Notes under the pieces: model-generated
Told to the model about the DNA's origin: nothing
Databases searched by the model: none
The model's input: the letters and a program-made list of their open reading frames with translations, nothing else
DNA from: Spirochaetia bacterium
GTDB taxonomy: Bacteria; Spirochaetota; Spirochaetia; UBA9216
Assembly: GCA_963677925.2 (NCBI GenBank)
Contig: CAXXYH010000003.1
Coordinates: 1,600,001 to 1,664,000, forward strand
Length of the DNA stretch: 64,000 nucleotides
Reading direction: 5' to 3'
In this document: piece after piece, positions 37,974-48,441 of the stretch
How positions within the stretch are numbered: position 1 is the first letter of the stretch
How the letters are laid out: every line of letters starts with the position of its first letter
Position numbers and translations under genes: made by a program

Positions 37974-38855
37974 TCAATGAACCGGACTGGCTGCACTATC
38001 CTTTGCCGGTGTAATTCCAAAAAGCCGTTTATACTCCCTGTTGAACTGGGAGGAACTCTCATAACCCACTCTTACAGCTGCTTCGTATACCTTCTCACCT
38101 TCCTGCTGAATCAGTTCCTTGGCCTTATGCAGCCGGATATTCTTTATATACTGAAGAGGCGAAGTGCTAGTAATATCTTTAAAGTTGCTGTGGAAGGTGG
38201 AAACACTCATTCCCGCTTCCTTTGCCAGAGTCTGAACCTCAAGAGGCTTGGGAAAATCTTCATGAATCCTGTTTATAGCTCTTGAAATCTGGTAAAGGCT
38301 CCTGTTATTGAAAGCAAGTTCCTTCAGAATCTCCCCATGCTCACCGTTAAGAACTTTGAACAGAATTTCTTTCACATAGATCTGACCGAGAATTCTAGTT
38401 TCATTCTTTGATCTGAGAGTCTTTAAAAGCCGTAAAGCAGCATCAATAATCTCATCCGACACTGCAGCCTGGTACATGCTGTTATTCAGCACCGGCTTCT
38501 TCACAGGTTCCACATCCATCTCATAAAGGATCTCTCCGATAATCTGCGGCTCAATTTCAATTACCATTCCAAGCATCGGCTCGCCCTTCTTTATAATTGC
38601 TTCACAGACAACAGGAAGAGGTACTGTCAAAACTATGTAGTTATCAGCATCATAGGTATATTTCCTATCACCAATGTAAAGGTCCTTCCGGCCCTGGGCC
38701 AGGATAATAATCTGAGGCTTATATATAAGGGGCTTCGGATCATAGGGCTCATCACGCCTGAATATTCTGACCCCCCTTATTGCGGTATCAACAGCTTTCT
38801 CTTTTGGAAGATATTCGAGAAGCAGTTTTTTCATTTCTTCGGTTGCTGTACCCAT
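37974..38855 (-). CDS. AraC-family regulator (AraC_N/YqhC type)
   Basis: QGRK, LPV, MSVSTFH, SPLQYIK, VGYESSSQFNREYKRLFG. Confidence 0.92.
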   Translation of the reverse strand: MGTATEEMKKLLLEYLPKEKAVDTAIRGVRIFRRDEPYDPKPLIYKPQIIILAQGRKDLYIGDRKYTYDADNYIVLTVPLPVVCEAIIKKGEPMLGMVIEIEPQIIGEILYEMDVEPVKKPVLNNSMYQAAVSDEIIDAALRLLKTLRSKNETRILGQIYVKEILFKVLNGEHGEILKELAFNNRSLYQISRAINRIHEDFPKPLEVQTLAKEAGMSVSTFHSNFKDITSTSPLQYIKNIRLHKAKELIQQEGEKVYEAAVRVGYESSSQFNREYKRLFGITPAKDSAASPVH

Positions 38856-38939
38856 ATTTTCACCTCATTAACTGACTGTAATAACATATTAAGCATAAAT
38901 TAAGCTGTTTTAGAAGTAAATAGTCCTAAGTTTCGGAGG

Positions 38940-38974
38940 AATAGGCAATTTTTAAAGTGAAATAGACATTTTTT
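38940..38974 (+). promoter_or_regulatory. Tandem AraC-type direct repeat (21-bp period)
   Basis: AATAGGCAATTTTT at 38940 and AATAGACATTTTTT at 38961, upstream of the cupin operon. Confidence 0.55.
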
Positions 38975-39023
38975 CAGGCTTTGATAGCGGTTACATTAGT
39001 TATACAGATAAGGAGATAATATA

Positions 39024-39437
39024 ATGAGTGAAGATTTAACTAATAGCGTCATTTTTGATTTAGGTGAAGTGAATCCTTTCGGGGATTATTTTATCGGGAA
39101 AAGCTATCTGAAACTTCTGACCCGAGACGGACTTATTACTGCAAATGTAACTTTCGAACCGGGATGCAGAAATAACTGGCATATTCACCGGGCCGATGAA
39201 AAAGGCGGACAGATTCTGCTTGTAACCGGCGGCCGCGGATGGTATCAGGAAGAGGGAAAAGAAGCACAGGAACTTCATGCAGGTGATGTTGTGAATATTC
39301 CCCAGGGAGTTAAACACTGGCATGGAGCAGCTAAAGACAGCTGGTTTGTTCATATAGCGGTTGAGGTCCCGGGTGTAAACGGTAAGACAGAATGGCTTGA
39401 AGCTGTTGATGATGAACATTACGGAAAACTGAAATAA
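39024..39437 (+). CDS. Cupin-domain protein
   Basis: FEPGCRNNWHIH, GGQIL, KHWHGA. Confidence 0.9.
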   Translation: MSEDLTNSVIFDLGEVNPFGDYFIGKSYLKLLTRDGLITANVTFEPGCRNNWHIHRADEKGGQILLVTGGRGWYQEEGKEAQELHAGDVVNIPQGVKHWHGAAKDSWFVHIAVEVPGVNGKTEWLEAVDDEHYGKLK

Positions 39438-39446
39438 GGAATAATT

Positions 39447-40193
39447 ATGTCTATTACAAGTAAAGCTAAAGAATACCATGAAAGAATGCTTCCGGGCATT
39501 ACTCCGGATTTAATGAAAACAGATCCGGAGTTTGTTGAACTGTTTAACAATTTTGCATTTGATGAAGTTGTAAACACTGATGATCTTGATGACAAAACCA
39601 GAATGCTTGCTATTCTGGCAACCCTTCTAGGATGCCAGGGAATTGATGAATTTAAGGTAATGCTGCCGGCTGCGCTCAATTTCGGAGTTACTCCGGTGGA
39701 AGTCAAGGAAACAGTATATCAGGCCGCAGCCTACCTCGGCATAGGACGGGTAAAGCCCTTTCTTACAGCAGTCAATGAAATCCTGTCACAGATCGGAATT
39801 GAGCTGCCTCTTCCTTCTCAGGCTACAACCGACTCTGACACAAGACTCCGCGCCGGCAGTCAGGCTCAGGTTGATATCTTCGGTGAACAGATGAAAGATT
39901 TCTGGAAATCCGGCCCTGAAGAAAGCAGACATATAAACCGCTGGCTTGCAGATAACTGTTTCGGTGATTATTACACAAGAACAGGCCTTGATCTTGCGCA
40001 GAGAGAAATGATCACCTTCTGTTTCCTCGCTGCCCAGGGCGGATGTGAACCTCAGCTTATGGGTCATGTTGCCGGCAACCTGAATGTTGGAAACGATAAA
40101 AACTTTTTAATCAAGGTTCTTTCGCAGTGTCTTCCTTTTATCGGATATCCCCGCAGCCTGAACGCTTTACGATGTATCAACGAGGTTAAATAA
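39447..40193 (+). CDS. Carboxymuconolactone decarboxylase/AhpD-family protein (two domains)
   Basis: LDDKTR..LA, FGDYYTRTGL..REMIT, IGYPRSLNA. Confidence 0.88.
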   Translation: MSITSKAKEYHERMLPGITPDLMKTDPEFVELFNNFAFDEVVNTDDLDDKTRMLAILATLLGCQGIDEFKVMLPAALNFGVTPVEVKETVYQAAAYLGIGRVKPFLTAVNEILSQIGIELPLPSQATTDSDTRLRAGSQAQVDIFGEQMKDFWKSGPEESRHINRWLADNCFGDYYTRTGLDLAQREMITFCFLAAQGGCEPQLMGHVAGNLNVGNDKNFLIKVLSQCLPFIGYPRSLNALRCINEVK

Positions 40194-41330
40194 TTGATCT
40201 ATAAAAACTTTAAAGACAAGAAACTGTCCCTTCTGGGAATGGGGGCAATGAGGCTGCCGGTAATTGACGGCAATGACGGACAGATAGATGAGCAGACAGC
40301 CGCTGACATGGTTAAATATGCATTTGAGAATGGAGTCAATTACTTTGATACAGCCTGGGGCTATCATGGCGGACAGTCAGAAACAGTAATGGGCCGAATC
40401 CTGGGAAATTATCCAAGGGAAAATTTTTATCTTGCCACAAAATTCCCGGGATATGATCTTTCCAACATGGATAAGGTGGAGGCAATCTTCGAAGAACAGC
40501 TGAAAAAATGCGGGGTTGAATATTTTGATTTCTACCTCTTTCATAATGTCTGCGAAATTAATATCGATGCCTATCTCAATGAAGAATACGGTATTCTTAA
40601 GTACCTGCTTGAGCAGAAAGAAAACGGAAGAATAAAACACCTCGGCTTTTCAGCACATGGAAGTTACGAAGTGATAAAACGTTTTCTTGAAGCCTATGGC
40701 GAACATATGGAATTCGGTCAGCTGCAGCTTAACTATGTTGACTGGTCCTTCCAGGATGCTGAAGCTAAGGTGGAGCTGCTTAAACAGTATAAAATACCTG
40801 TATGGGTAATGGAACCTTTCAGAGGCGGCAAACTTGCTTCGCTCTCAGCTGAAGATTCTCAACAACTGAAATCTCTGCGCCCGGAAGAAACAGATGCCGC
40901 ATGGGCATTCAGATTCCTGCAGAGTCTCCCGCAGGTACATATGATTCTTTCCGGGGCATCAACCTTTGAGCAGATGAAGGAAAACGTTACAACCTTCAGT
41001 GAAAGCAAACCGCTCAATGAAACAGAATTAAAAGCACTTTCATCAATAGCCTCCAACATGGTCAGTAAAATAGCAGTGCCGTGTACAGCCTGCGGCTACT
41101 GTCTCAGTCATTGTCCCCAGCAGCTGGATATACCGAAACTGCTTGGACATTATAACGAGCATTTTTTTACAGGCGGAGGCTTCATTGCGCCAATGGCTTT
41201 GATGGCCATCCCCGAAGACAAAAAACCATCCGCCTGTCTGGGCTGTGGCGATTGTGAAGCTGTATGTCCGCAGCAGATAAAAATATCTGAAATAATGGTA
41301 AAATCACAGGATATCCGCTTTGGATTTTAG
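40194..41330 (+). CDS. Aldo/keto reductase with C-terminal 4Fe-4S domain
   Basis: LGMGAMRLP, YFDTAWGY, LATK, CTACGYC..CP, CLGCGDCEAVCP. Confidence 0.9.
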   Translation: MIYKNFKDKKLSLLGMGAMRLPVIDGNDGQIDEQTAADMVKYAFENGVNYFDTAWGYHGGQSETVMGRILGNYPRENFYLATKFPGYDLSNMDKVEAIFEEQLKKCGVEYFDFYLFHNVCEINIDAYLNEEYGILKYLLEQKENGRIKHLGFSAHGSYEVIKRFLEAYGEHMEFGQLQLNYVDWSFQDAEAKVELLKQYKIPVWVMEPFRGGKLASLSAEDSQQLKSLRPEETDAAWAFRFLQSLPQVHMILSGASTFEQMKENVTTFSESKPLNETELKALSSIASNMVSKIAVPCTACGYCLSHCPQQLDIPKLLGHYNEHFFTGGGFIAPMALMAIPEDKKPSACLGCGDCEAVCPQQIKISEIMVKSQDIRFGF

Positions 41331-41351
41331 CTATACTGGAAAGGAGCTGTT

Positions 41352-41825
41352 ATGAATAAAAAAGATCTGATTGTATATTACACGTGGTCGGGCAATACCG
41401 GAAAAATTGCCGGCACCATTCATCAGAAAACAGGCGGAAACCTGTTTGAAATAGAGCCGGTAAAACCTTATTCATCAAATTACAGCGACTGCACCAGGCA
41501 GGCCAGGGATGAAATAAAAAACGGCATCCTGCCGGAGCTTGAAGCCCTGCCTGAAAATATTGAAGTCTATGAACGTATATTTGTCGGAACACCGAACTGG
41601 TGGAGCACAATGGCACCGCCTTTACTGTCATTCCTGTCCAACAGCAATCTGACAGAAAAAACTATTGTCCCCTTCTGCACCCACGGCGGCGGCGGTTTGG
41701 GAAGGATATTTGATGATATAAGAAAAGCCTGCCCTGAGTCTGAGGTTAAACCGGGGCTGGTTCTTTATGGTGACGGCGGAAGCAGACTCGACACGGAAGT
41801 ATCAACATGGCTCAGCGAACTTTAA
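41352..41825 (+). CDS. Flavodoxin
   Basis: YYTWSGNT, GTPNWW, PFCTHGGGG. Confidence 0.9.
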   Translation: MNKKDLIVYYTWSGNTGKIAGTIHQKTGGNLFEIEPVKPYSSNYSDCTRQARDEIKNGILPELEALPENIEVYERIFVGTPNWWSTMAPPLLSFLSNSNLTEKTIVPFCTHGGGGLGRIFDDIRKACPESEVKPGLVLYGDGGSRLDTEVSTWLSEL

Positions 41826-43024
41826 CCGAGGGTTTCTCCGCTAAAAAGCAGCTCTATATTTTCTTTGTACTCAGCGCCCTGATGTCATTCGCATCAATAT
41901 CCACAGACCTCTATCTTCCGGCTATGCCGACAATGGGCCGTGAACTCTCAGGATTCTTAAGTATTGAATTGACGGTCTCGGGCTTCCTGATAGGTTTCAG
42001 TATCGGCCAGCTTATATGGGGACCTCTGAGTGATCGCTACGGCAGAAAGATCCCGGTGGCAATCGGGATGGTCCTCTATTTTATCGGCTCGGCAGGATGC
42101 GCTCTGTCACAGACAACAGTTCAGATTATCTGCTGGAGAGTCGTTCAGGCTCTTGGAGCCTGTGTAGGACCGGTACTGGCCCGTGCAATGGTCAGCGACC
42201 TATATGAAAGATCAGAAGCAGCAGCAAAGCTATCAATCCTGATAATGATTATGGCAATTGCACCGCTTATCGGACCTCTTCTCGGCGGCCAGATCCTGCT
42301 TTACGGATCATGGAGGTTTATCTTCTGGCTTCTGGCAGCTGTCGGGCTTGTAATGCTTGCATCCCTTTCCGGACTCCCGGAGACGCTTCCACGGACAAAA
42401 AGACTGACCACACCGCTTAGCAGCAGCATGAAGGATTATCTTGAACTTGTCAGAGATCCCCGTATGATGGCTCTGTCCTTTGCAGTATTTTTTTATTACA
42501 TAGGTATGTACGGATATATTACAGGCTCTCCTTTTGTATATATTGAATACTACAATGTGCTTCCGCAGCATTATGGATACCTTTTTGGAATCAATGTAAT
42601 CGGAATAGTACTATGTAATTTCATAAATAACAGAGTAGTAAGAAAACTTGGTGCTGCAAAAATGTTCTATATCGGACTTGCAATTCAGGCTTTCTCCGCT
42701 GCAGCGCTGCTTATTAACAGCCGATCTGGATTCGGAGCTTTGCCCGGACTGGTTATTCCTCTGGCCATATATTTTTCGGTTAACGGATTCATAGTCCCCA
42801 ATGCAATTGCACAGACTCTTGCAATGCATCCGGAAAAAGCCGGAGCCGTATCGGCATTAACCGGGGCTTTGCAGTACGGAGCCGGTATTTTCAGCGGTAT
42901 TCTGGTAAGTTCATTTTTTTCGGGAACGCCCTGGACTATGGGCTGGGTGATAGGCCTTTCCGGTTTTGCAGCACTGATTGCAGGAAACTCTATAAAAATC
43001 AGATCAGGAAAAGGAAATATTTAA
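41807..43024 (+). CDS. Bcr/CflA-family MFS efflux transporter
   Basis: TDLYLPAMP, GPLSDRYGRK, RVVQALG, LPETL. Confidence 0.92.
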   Translation: MAQRTLTEGFSAKKQLYIFFVLSALMSFASISTDLYLPAMPTMGRELSGFLSIELTVSGFLIGFSIGQLIWGPLSDRYGRKIPVAIGMVLYFIGSAGCALSQTTVQIICWRVVQALGACVGPVLARAMVSDLYERSEAAAKLSILIMIMAIAPLIGPLLGGQILLYGSWRFIFWLLAAVGLVMLASLSGLPETLPRTKRLTTPLSSSMKDYLELVRDPRMMALSFAVFFYYIGMYGYITGSPFVYIEYYNVLPQHYGYLFGINVIGIVLCNFINNRVVRKLGAAKMFYIGLAIQAFSAAALLINSRSGFGALPGLVIPLAIYFSVNGFIVPNAIAQTLAMHPEKAGAVSALTGALQYGAGIFSGILVSSFFSGTPWTMGWVIGLSGFAALIAGNSIKIRSGKGNI

Positions 43025-43076
43025 GCATCATTTAAGATTCATATTTTTATAATAGTTAACTTAAAGGAGATAAAAA

Positions 43077-44126
43077 ATGTTTAGAACAAAGTTTAAACAA
43101 ATTTCGGTATTAGTTTTCATCTGTCTTTTACTTGGAACCGGTGTCGTATTACTTTCCAGTGCCGGACAGGCCGAGAAGGGAAAAGAGAATACTGCTGAAG
43201 ACAAAGTACAGCCCGGCAGTATAGAAAGGACTGAGGAAGCACAAAATAAAAATGGTGCACCGGTTGTGTATATGACCAGCGATATCAGCAGCGATGCCCT
43301 TTTAAAGATATATGCAAAGCTTGGACGCGAGCTTCCGGGAAAGGTTGCGGTTAAATTATCTACCGGAGAACCCGGCGGAAACTATTTTCTTAATCCAGAT
43401 CTCATTAAAGCTCTTGTCCATGAGGTAGACGGTACAATCGTTGAATGCAATACCGCCTACGGCGGAGGCAGGGCTTCCACAGCAATGCATAAACAGGTGG
43501 CAATAGATCATGGTTTTGCAGCTATAGCAGAGGTTGATATAATGGATGAAGAAGGTGAAATCAATCTTCCGGTTTCCAAAGGTACAAATATAAGCGAGGA
43601 TATCGTAGGATCACATTTCAGTAATTACGACTCGTTTATGATTCTGTCGCATTTTAAAGGCCATGCGATGGGCGGATTCGGGGGTGCAATCAAAAATATG
43701 TCTATCGGCATTGCTTCTTCCAAAGGCAAAATAAATATCCATACAGCAGGCACTTCAACAGCGAGCTTCCGTGATGCCTTTGCAATAGATCAGGATCTTT
43801 TTCTTGAATCAATGGCTGAAGCAGCAGGCGCTGTAATAGAGGCTGCAGATAACAACATAGTGTACATCAGTGTCATGAATAATCTTTCTGTAGACTGTGA
43901 CTGTTCCAGCAATCCGGCGCCTCCGACAATGGCCGATGTAGGCATCCTTGCATCGCTTGATCCTGTAGCTCTGGATCAGGCCTGTGTAGATCTGGTTTAT
44001 GAAGCCCATGACGGCCATGATCTCATAGAGCGAATGGAATCAAGAAACGGCATTCATACACTCGAACATGCAGCCGAAATAGGAATAGGCTCCAGGGAAT
44101 ACAGTCTGGTATCCATAGACGGATAA
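43077..44126 (+). CDS. DUF362 Fe-S protein with signal peptide
   Basis: VAVKLSTGE, ECNTAY, SHFKGHAMGGFGGAIKNMSIG, VDCDC, DPVALDQAC. Confidence 0.85.
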   Translation: MFRTKFKQISVLVFICLLLGTGVVLLSSAGQAEKGKENTAEDKVQPGSIERTEEAQNKNGAPVVYMTSDISSDALLKIYAKLGRELPGKVAVKLSTGEPGGNYFLNPDLIKALVHEVDGTIVECNTAYGGGRASTAMHKQVAIDHGFAAIAEVDIMDEEGEINLPVSKGTNISEDIVGSHFSNYDSFMILSHFKGHAMGGFGGAIKNMSIGIASSKGKINIHTAGTSTASFRDAFAIDQDLFLESMAEAAGAVIEAADNNIVYISVMNNLSVDCDCSSNPAPPTMADVGILASLDPVALDQACVDLVYEAHDGHDLIERMESRNGIHTLEHAAEIGIGSREYSLVSIDG

Positions 44127-44133
44127 TTATTAA

Positions 44134-45039
44134 GTGATACTGGTAATTCTTCAGAGAGAAAGCATTTACATCTGGTACTACCTCAGCCTCCAGCTTCGGC
44201 TGATTGCCCCGTACTGGGGGCTGGGAATTCTGCTCGGTTCTGTAGTTTCTGTTTTCGGAAAAAAAAGAATCAGCCGGCTGTTTCTTTTTCTAAACAGCAG
44301 AAAACTGGGAATTATCGGCATCATTCCCGCCAGCCTGCTCGGAATAGCATCGCCGTTATGTCTTTACGGCACCCTGCCTGTTGCCGCATCGTTTTCAGAA
44401 AAAGGAATGCGGGAAGACTGGCTGGCAGCTTTCATGATGTCTTCAATTCTTCTTAATCCGCAGCTGCTGATGTTCAGTGCCATTCTTGGCAGACAGATGT
44501 TTCTGTATCGCCTTTATTTCAGCTTTACCGGAGGGGTGATCGCAGGCATTCTGATTTATATTTTTTACAGTAAATCAGGTTTCTTTACATTTGAAGAGTT
44601 CGGAGAACGGAAAAGCAAAGATACACACCCGAATCTGCTGTTAAGATTTTTGCTTAATATCTTCAGAAATATAAAGGTAACAGGTCCATATTTTCTTGCC
44701 GGTATAGTACTCACTGCTGTATACCAGCGTTATGTTCCGCAGGACATTATCGGTAATCTTTTCGGCCCGGGAAATAAAGGTTTCGGAGTTCTCTCAGCAG
44801 CAGCCCTCGGGGTTCCTCTCTATGTCTGCGGGGGCGGGACAATTCCCCTGTTACATGACTGGCTGATAAGCGGTATGAGCAAGGGAGCCGGAGTTGCTTT
44901 TATGATTTCAGGCCCTGCAACAAAACTAACCAATCTGAGTGCCTTAAAAAGCGTACTCGGCTTACAAAAGTTTATTCTTTATATTGGATTCATTATTGTA
45001 TATGCAATAATTTCAGGACTCATTGTTAATATAATTTAA
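44134..45039 (+). CDS. DUF318/ArsP-like permease
   Basis: SPLCLYGTLP and PLYVCGGGTIP repeats, GPAT. Confidence 0.82.
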   Translation: MILVILQRESIYIWYYLSLQLRLIAPYWGLGILLGSVVSVFGKKRISRLFLFLNSRKLGIIGIIPASLLGIASPLCLYGTLPVAASFSEKGMREDWLAAFMMSSILLNPQLLMFSAILGRQMFLYRLYFSFTGGVIAGILIYIFYSKSGFFTFEEFGERKSKDTHPNLLLRFLLNIFRNIKVTGPYFLAGIVLTAVYQRYVPQDIIGNLFGPGNKGFGVLSAAALGVPLYVCGGGTIPLLHDWLISGMSKGAGVAFMISGPATKLTNLSALKSVLGLQKFILYIGFIIVYAIISGLIVNII

Positions 45040-45053
45040 GAGGGAGAAAAACT

Positions 45054-46202
45054 ATGCAGTACAGAGAATTTGGACAAACAGGAGAGAAGGTTTCATTATT
45101 AGGATTCGGCTGTATGCGGCTTCCGGTCATAAATGGTGTTCATACAGACATTGATTATAATGAGGCAATCAAGATGCTCAGACATGCAGTTGATAAGGGT
45201 GTTAATTATATTGATACAGCCTATCCATATCATGGAACAGGAATGGGCAGCGGCGGAGCCAGCGAACCCTTTGTGGCAAAGGCTTTGAAGGACGGTTACA
45301 GAGAGAAAGTAAACCTTGCCACTAAACTTCCTACCTGGTTGTGCAAATCGAGGGCAGATATGGACAGACTGCTTGATGAACAGCTGCAGAGGCTGGAAAC
45401 AGAGACTATTGACTTCTACCTTATCCATACACTTAACAAGATATTATGGCCTCAGGTTAAAGAATACGTTGGGGACTTCATCAAAGAAGCAAAAAGCAGC
45501 GGAAAAATAAGGTATGCTGGTTTTTCATTTCATGATGATGCAGATACCTTTATTGATGTAGTTGATGCTTATGATTGGGATTTCTGTCAAATCCAGTATA
45601 ACTATCTTGATACTAATTTTCAGGCCGGAAAAAAAGGCCTTGAATATGCTGCCCAAAAAGGTCTCGGCGTTGTAATAATGGAACCTCTGCGTGGCGGAGG
45701 GCTGGCCGGGAATATCCCCGATGACATAATAGATAACTGGAAAAAAATTGATGAACAAAGAACACCTGTTCAATGGGCGCTTCGCTGGGTAATGAACCAC
45801 CCCGAAGTTTCTGTAGTATTAAGCGGAATGACCACGATGGAGCAGGTTGAAGACAACCTTAAAACAACCGAAACCATGATACCTGAATGCCTCACAACGC
45901 CTGAACTTGAATCGATGGAATTCGCAAAATCCTACTTTGAACAGCGGATGAAGATTAACTGCACAGGCTGCAGATACTGTATGCCCTGCCCTTCAGGAGT
46001 GGATATCCCGCAGAACTTTACATTATACAATACCGCCTACCTGTTTGATATGCTTCCTATTTCAAAGGTTAGATACAATGCCATACTACCTGATTCATCA
46101 AAAGCAAGCCGGTGTGTAGAGTGCGGAGCCTGTGAAGAACACTGTCCGCAGAATATTCCCATCATCAGCGAACTCAAAAACGTAGTAAAGGCACTTGCGT
46201 GA
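45054..46202 (+). CDS. Aldo/keto reductase with 4Fe-4S domain
   Basis: LGFGCMRLP, YIDTAYPY, LATKLP, CTGCRYCMPCP, CVECGACEEHCP. Confidence 0.9.
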   Translation: MQYREFGQTGEKVSLLGFGCMRLPVINGVHTDIDYNEAIKMLRHAVDKGVNYIDTAYPYHGTGMGSGGASEPFVAKALKDGYREKVNLATKLPTWLCKSRADMDRLLDEQLQRLETETIDFYLIHTLNKILWPQVKEYVGDFIKEAKSSGKIRYAGFSFHDDADTFIDVVDAYDWDFCQIQYNYLDTNFQAGKKGLEYAAQKGLGVVIMEPLRGGGLAGNIPDDIIDNWKKIDEQRTPVQWALRWVMNHPEVSVVLSGMTTMEQVEDNLKTTETMIPECLTTPELESMEFAKSYFEQRMKINCTGCRYCMPCPSGVDIPQNFTLYNTAYLFDMLPISKVRYNAILPDSSKASRCVECGACEEHCPQNIPIISELKNVVKALA

Positions 46203-46248
46203 ACTCCAAAGCACGTTTGTTCCTGCCGGAATTGCTGGTTGAGAAAGA

Positions 46249-47085
46249 TTAATAATTTCTGACAAGAACCTCTTCAACAGAGCCGCGTTTTGATGCAACC
46301 GAGTTTACCGCCCTTCCGGCTTTGATGATATTAACATCGTAATCAGAGTACAGATCCCTGATGAACGGAGTAGCAGAGTTTGACAGCAAAAATTTCACGC
46401 CGGAATTATTGAGACTGTCGCATACTGATCTAAGACGAATCTGTTCATCCCGGCTAAACCCGGATGTCGTATATGAGGTAAAATTAGCACTTTGTGAAAC
46501 AGGATCATACGGAGGATCAAAATAGACAAAATCACCTGAAGCCGCCTGCTCTACAGCTATTTCAAAATCAGTATTCATAATTTCAATTTCACAGCTGTTA
46601 AGATATGAACTTACAGCTCTAATAACCTTCTCGTTTACAATGTTAGGAGCCTTGTACCGCCCGAATGGTGTATTAAACTGGCCTCTTCTGTTCACCCGGT
46701 ACAGACCGTTGTAGCAGGTTTTGTTTAAATATATAAACCTGGAAGCCCGCTCGACATCGCTGAGCTCTGAAAATTTCCTTGCATCTCGATCGATGCCGCG
46801 CTGGTTATAATAATACTCCTTTTCATTTTTATGCCTTTTCAGATCTTCGATCAGCGAATCCGGCTTAAGTTTGATTGTTCTGTAAAGGTTAACCAGATCA
46901 GGATTTGTATCATTTATCACTGCGGCGTCAGGCTGAAGCTTAAAGAGTACCGCACCGCCCCCGACAAATGGCTCATAGTAGGTTGAGAATGTCACAGGGA
47001 TGTGCTTGATAATTTCTTTGTACAGCTGGCGCTTCCCGCCTACCCATTTAACAAAGGGTGCGGGAGATACCTCAAGTTTTCTCAT
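46249..47085 (-). CDS. dam: Dam-family DNA adenine methyltransferase (orphan)
   Basis: KWVGGK, EPFVGGGAV, YNGLYRVN..G.FNTPFG, DPPY, LSNS. Confidence 0.9.
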   Translation of the reverse strand: MRKLEVSPAPFVKWVGGKRQLYKEIIKHIPVTFSTYYEPFVGGGAVLFKLQPDAAVINDTNPDLVNLYRTIKLKPDSLIEDLKRHKNEKEYYYNQRGIDRDARKFSELSDVERASRFIYLNKTCYNGLYRVNRRGQFNTPFGRYKAPNIVNEKVIRAVSSYLNSCEIEIMNTDFEIAVEQAASGDFVYFDPPYDPVSQSANFTSYTTSGFSRDEQIRLRSVCDSLNNSGVKFLLSNSATPFIRDLYSDYDVNIIKAGRAVNSVASKRGSVEEVLVRNY

Positions 47086-47135
47086 TTATAAATATTCTAT
47101 CTTAAAATAGCTTTTTTTTTAAGCATAAAAGAATC

Positions 47136-47159
47136 GATCCACCATAACATGGTGGATCG
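47136..47159. terminator. Hairpin downstream of the ROK/ABC operon
   Basis: CGATCCACCAT-AAC-ATGGTGGATCG. Confidence 0.55.
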
Positions 47160-47203
47160 TGAAGAAAGATTTTTAAATGACACGTTGCTTTGAATAAAGT
47201 CTG

Positions 47204-48439
47204 TCAATCAGACCCATTACTTAACTTCTCTGTTATCAGGTTATACAAGTTCTCAAGTATAAGTGCATATGCACCTTTAAGATGAATATCATCTCCCAAT
47301 TCGGACATCTCAATCTTTACCTTCTCCGAAATAACCGGATATGCGTGTTTCCTAATATAAAGTTCCATATGTTTGAGCATACTCTTTATCGAAATGCCAT
47401 TAAGATCATTTGTCGATATTATTAATTTCTCGGGACTGAACATATTTATCAAAGAGACAGCACCAATAGCAACTTTTTCAGCATGGAGTTGAATTACATT
47501 TCTGGCTTTCTGCTCACCCTGTTCAGCTTTAATAAAGATTTGACTTAGTCTTTCTATTAGCTCTTCATTGCTCATTTTACTTGAATAGTTTTCATATGAT
47601 TCAATAAGCCGGTTAAACCCGGCAACAGTTTCAAGACACCCGCGATTACCGCAGAAGCATATTTCACCATTGATATCAACAGTAGTATGCCCGACCTCTG
47701 TGGAAACTCCATCATATCCTGAAAAAAGTTCACCATTTATAATAGCCCCGGCACCGATACCAAAACCTATCGAATATAATACAAAATTGCGGACTTCAAG
47801 CCCCTTTCCAAACCAGCTTTCTGCGAGAGTACTAAGATTAGTATTGTTTTCGAGAAATACAGGAATTTGAAAACACTCCTCCAGGAATTCTGCAAGATGG
47901 ACCTTTCCCCAGTTAAAAGGAAGCTCATATTTAGTATCGAATGTAGCAACAGAACGATTGAAAACTGTGCCGCTTTGAGAACTGACAGCTCCAGGGGCCG
48001 CAATACATATAGCAAGTATTTTATTCTTCTCCACGCTGCTTTTCAAAATCAGTGATTCTACAAGCTCTCTGCTGTCTAGAGCAATATTATCGTTACCATA
48101 AAAGGCTATCCCTGTTGGAAGTTTTTCTTTAATAACAATACTACCATCTATATCGAAAACAGCTCCGGTTATTGCAAGCCGGCCCAGATATAATGTAACT
48201 ATATAAAAATTACCTTCACTTAAGAAAAGGCCTTTGTTCCTGCTCGGACTTTTTTTATCTTCTTTTAACACCCGGTTTTCGATAAAATCATTTACGATCT
48301 TTGTTATGGCCGGTTTACTTAAATTAGCCTTTAACGCAAGATCCGCTCTTGTAATACCGGCATGTTGCTTAATGAGTTTCAGAATCAGGTTCCTATTATG
48401 AATTCTGCTGTTATCCTGATTAAGCCCCGAATTAACCAT
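47204..48439 (-). CDS. ROK-family transcriptional repressor
   Basis: N-terminal HTH (TRADLA..LSKPAITKIV), EVGH, CFCGNRGCLE. Confidence 0.92.
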   Translation of the reverse strand: MVNSGLNQDNSRIHNRNLILKLIKQHAGITRADLALKANLSKPAITKIVNDFIENRVLKEDKKSPSRNKGLFLSEGNFYIVTLYLGRLAITGAVFDIDGSIVIKEKLPTGIAFYGNDNIALDSRELVESLILKSSVEKNKILAICIAAPGAVSSQSGTVFNRSVATFDTKYELPFNWGKVHLAEFLEECFQIPVFLENNTNLSTLAESWFGKGLEVRNFVLYSIGFGIGAGAIINGELFSGYDGVSTEVGHTTVDINGEICFCGNRGCLETVAGFNRLIESYENYSSKMSNEELIERLSQIFIKAEQGEQKARNVIQLHAEKVAIGAVSLINMFSPEKLIISTNDLNGISIKSMLKHMELYIRKHAYPVISEKVKIEMSELGDDIHLKGAYALILENLYNLITEKLSNGSD

Positions 48440-48441
48440 GT

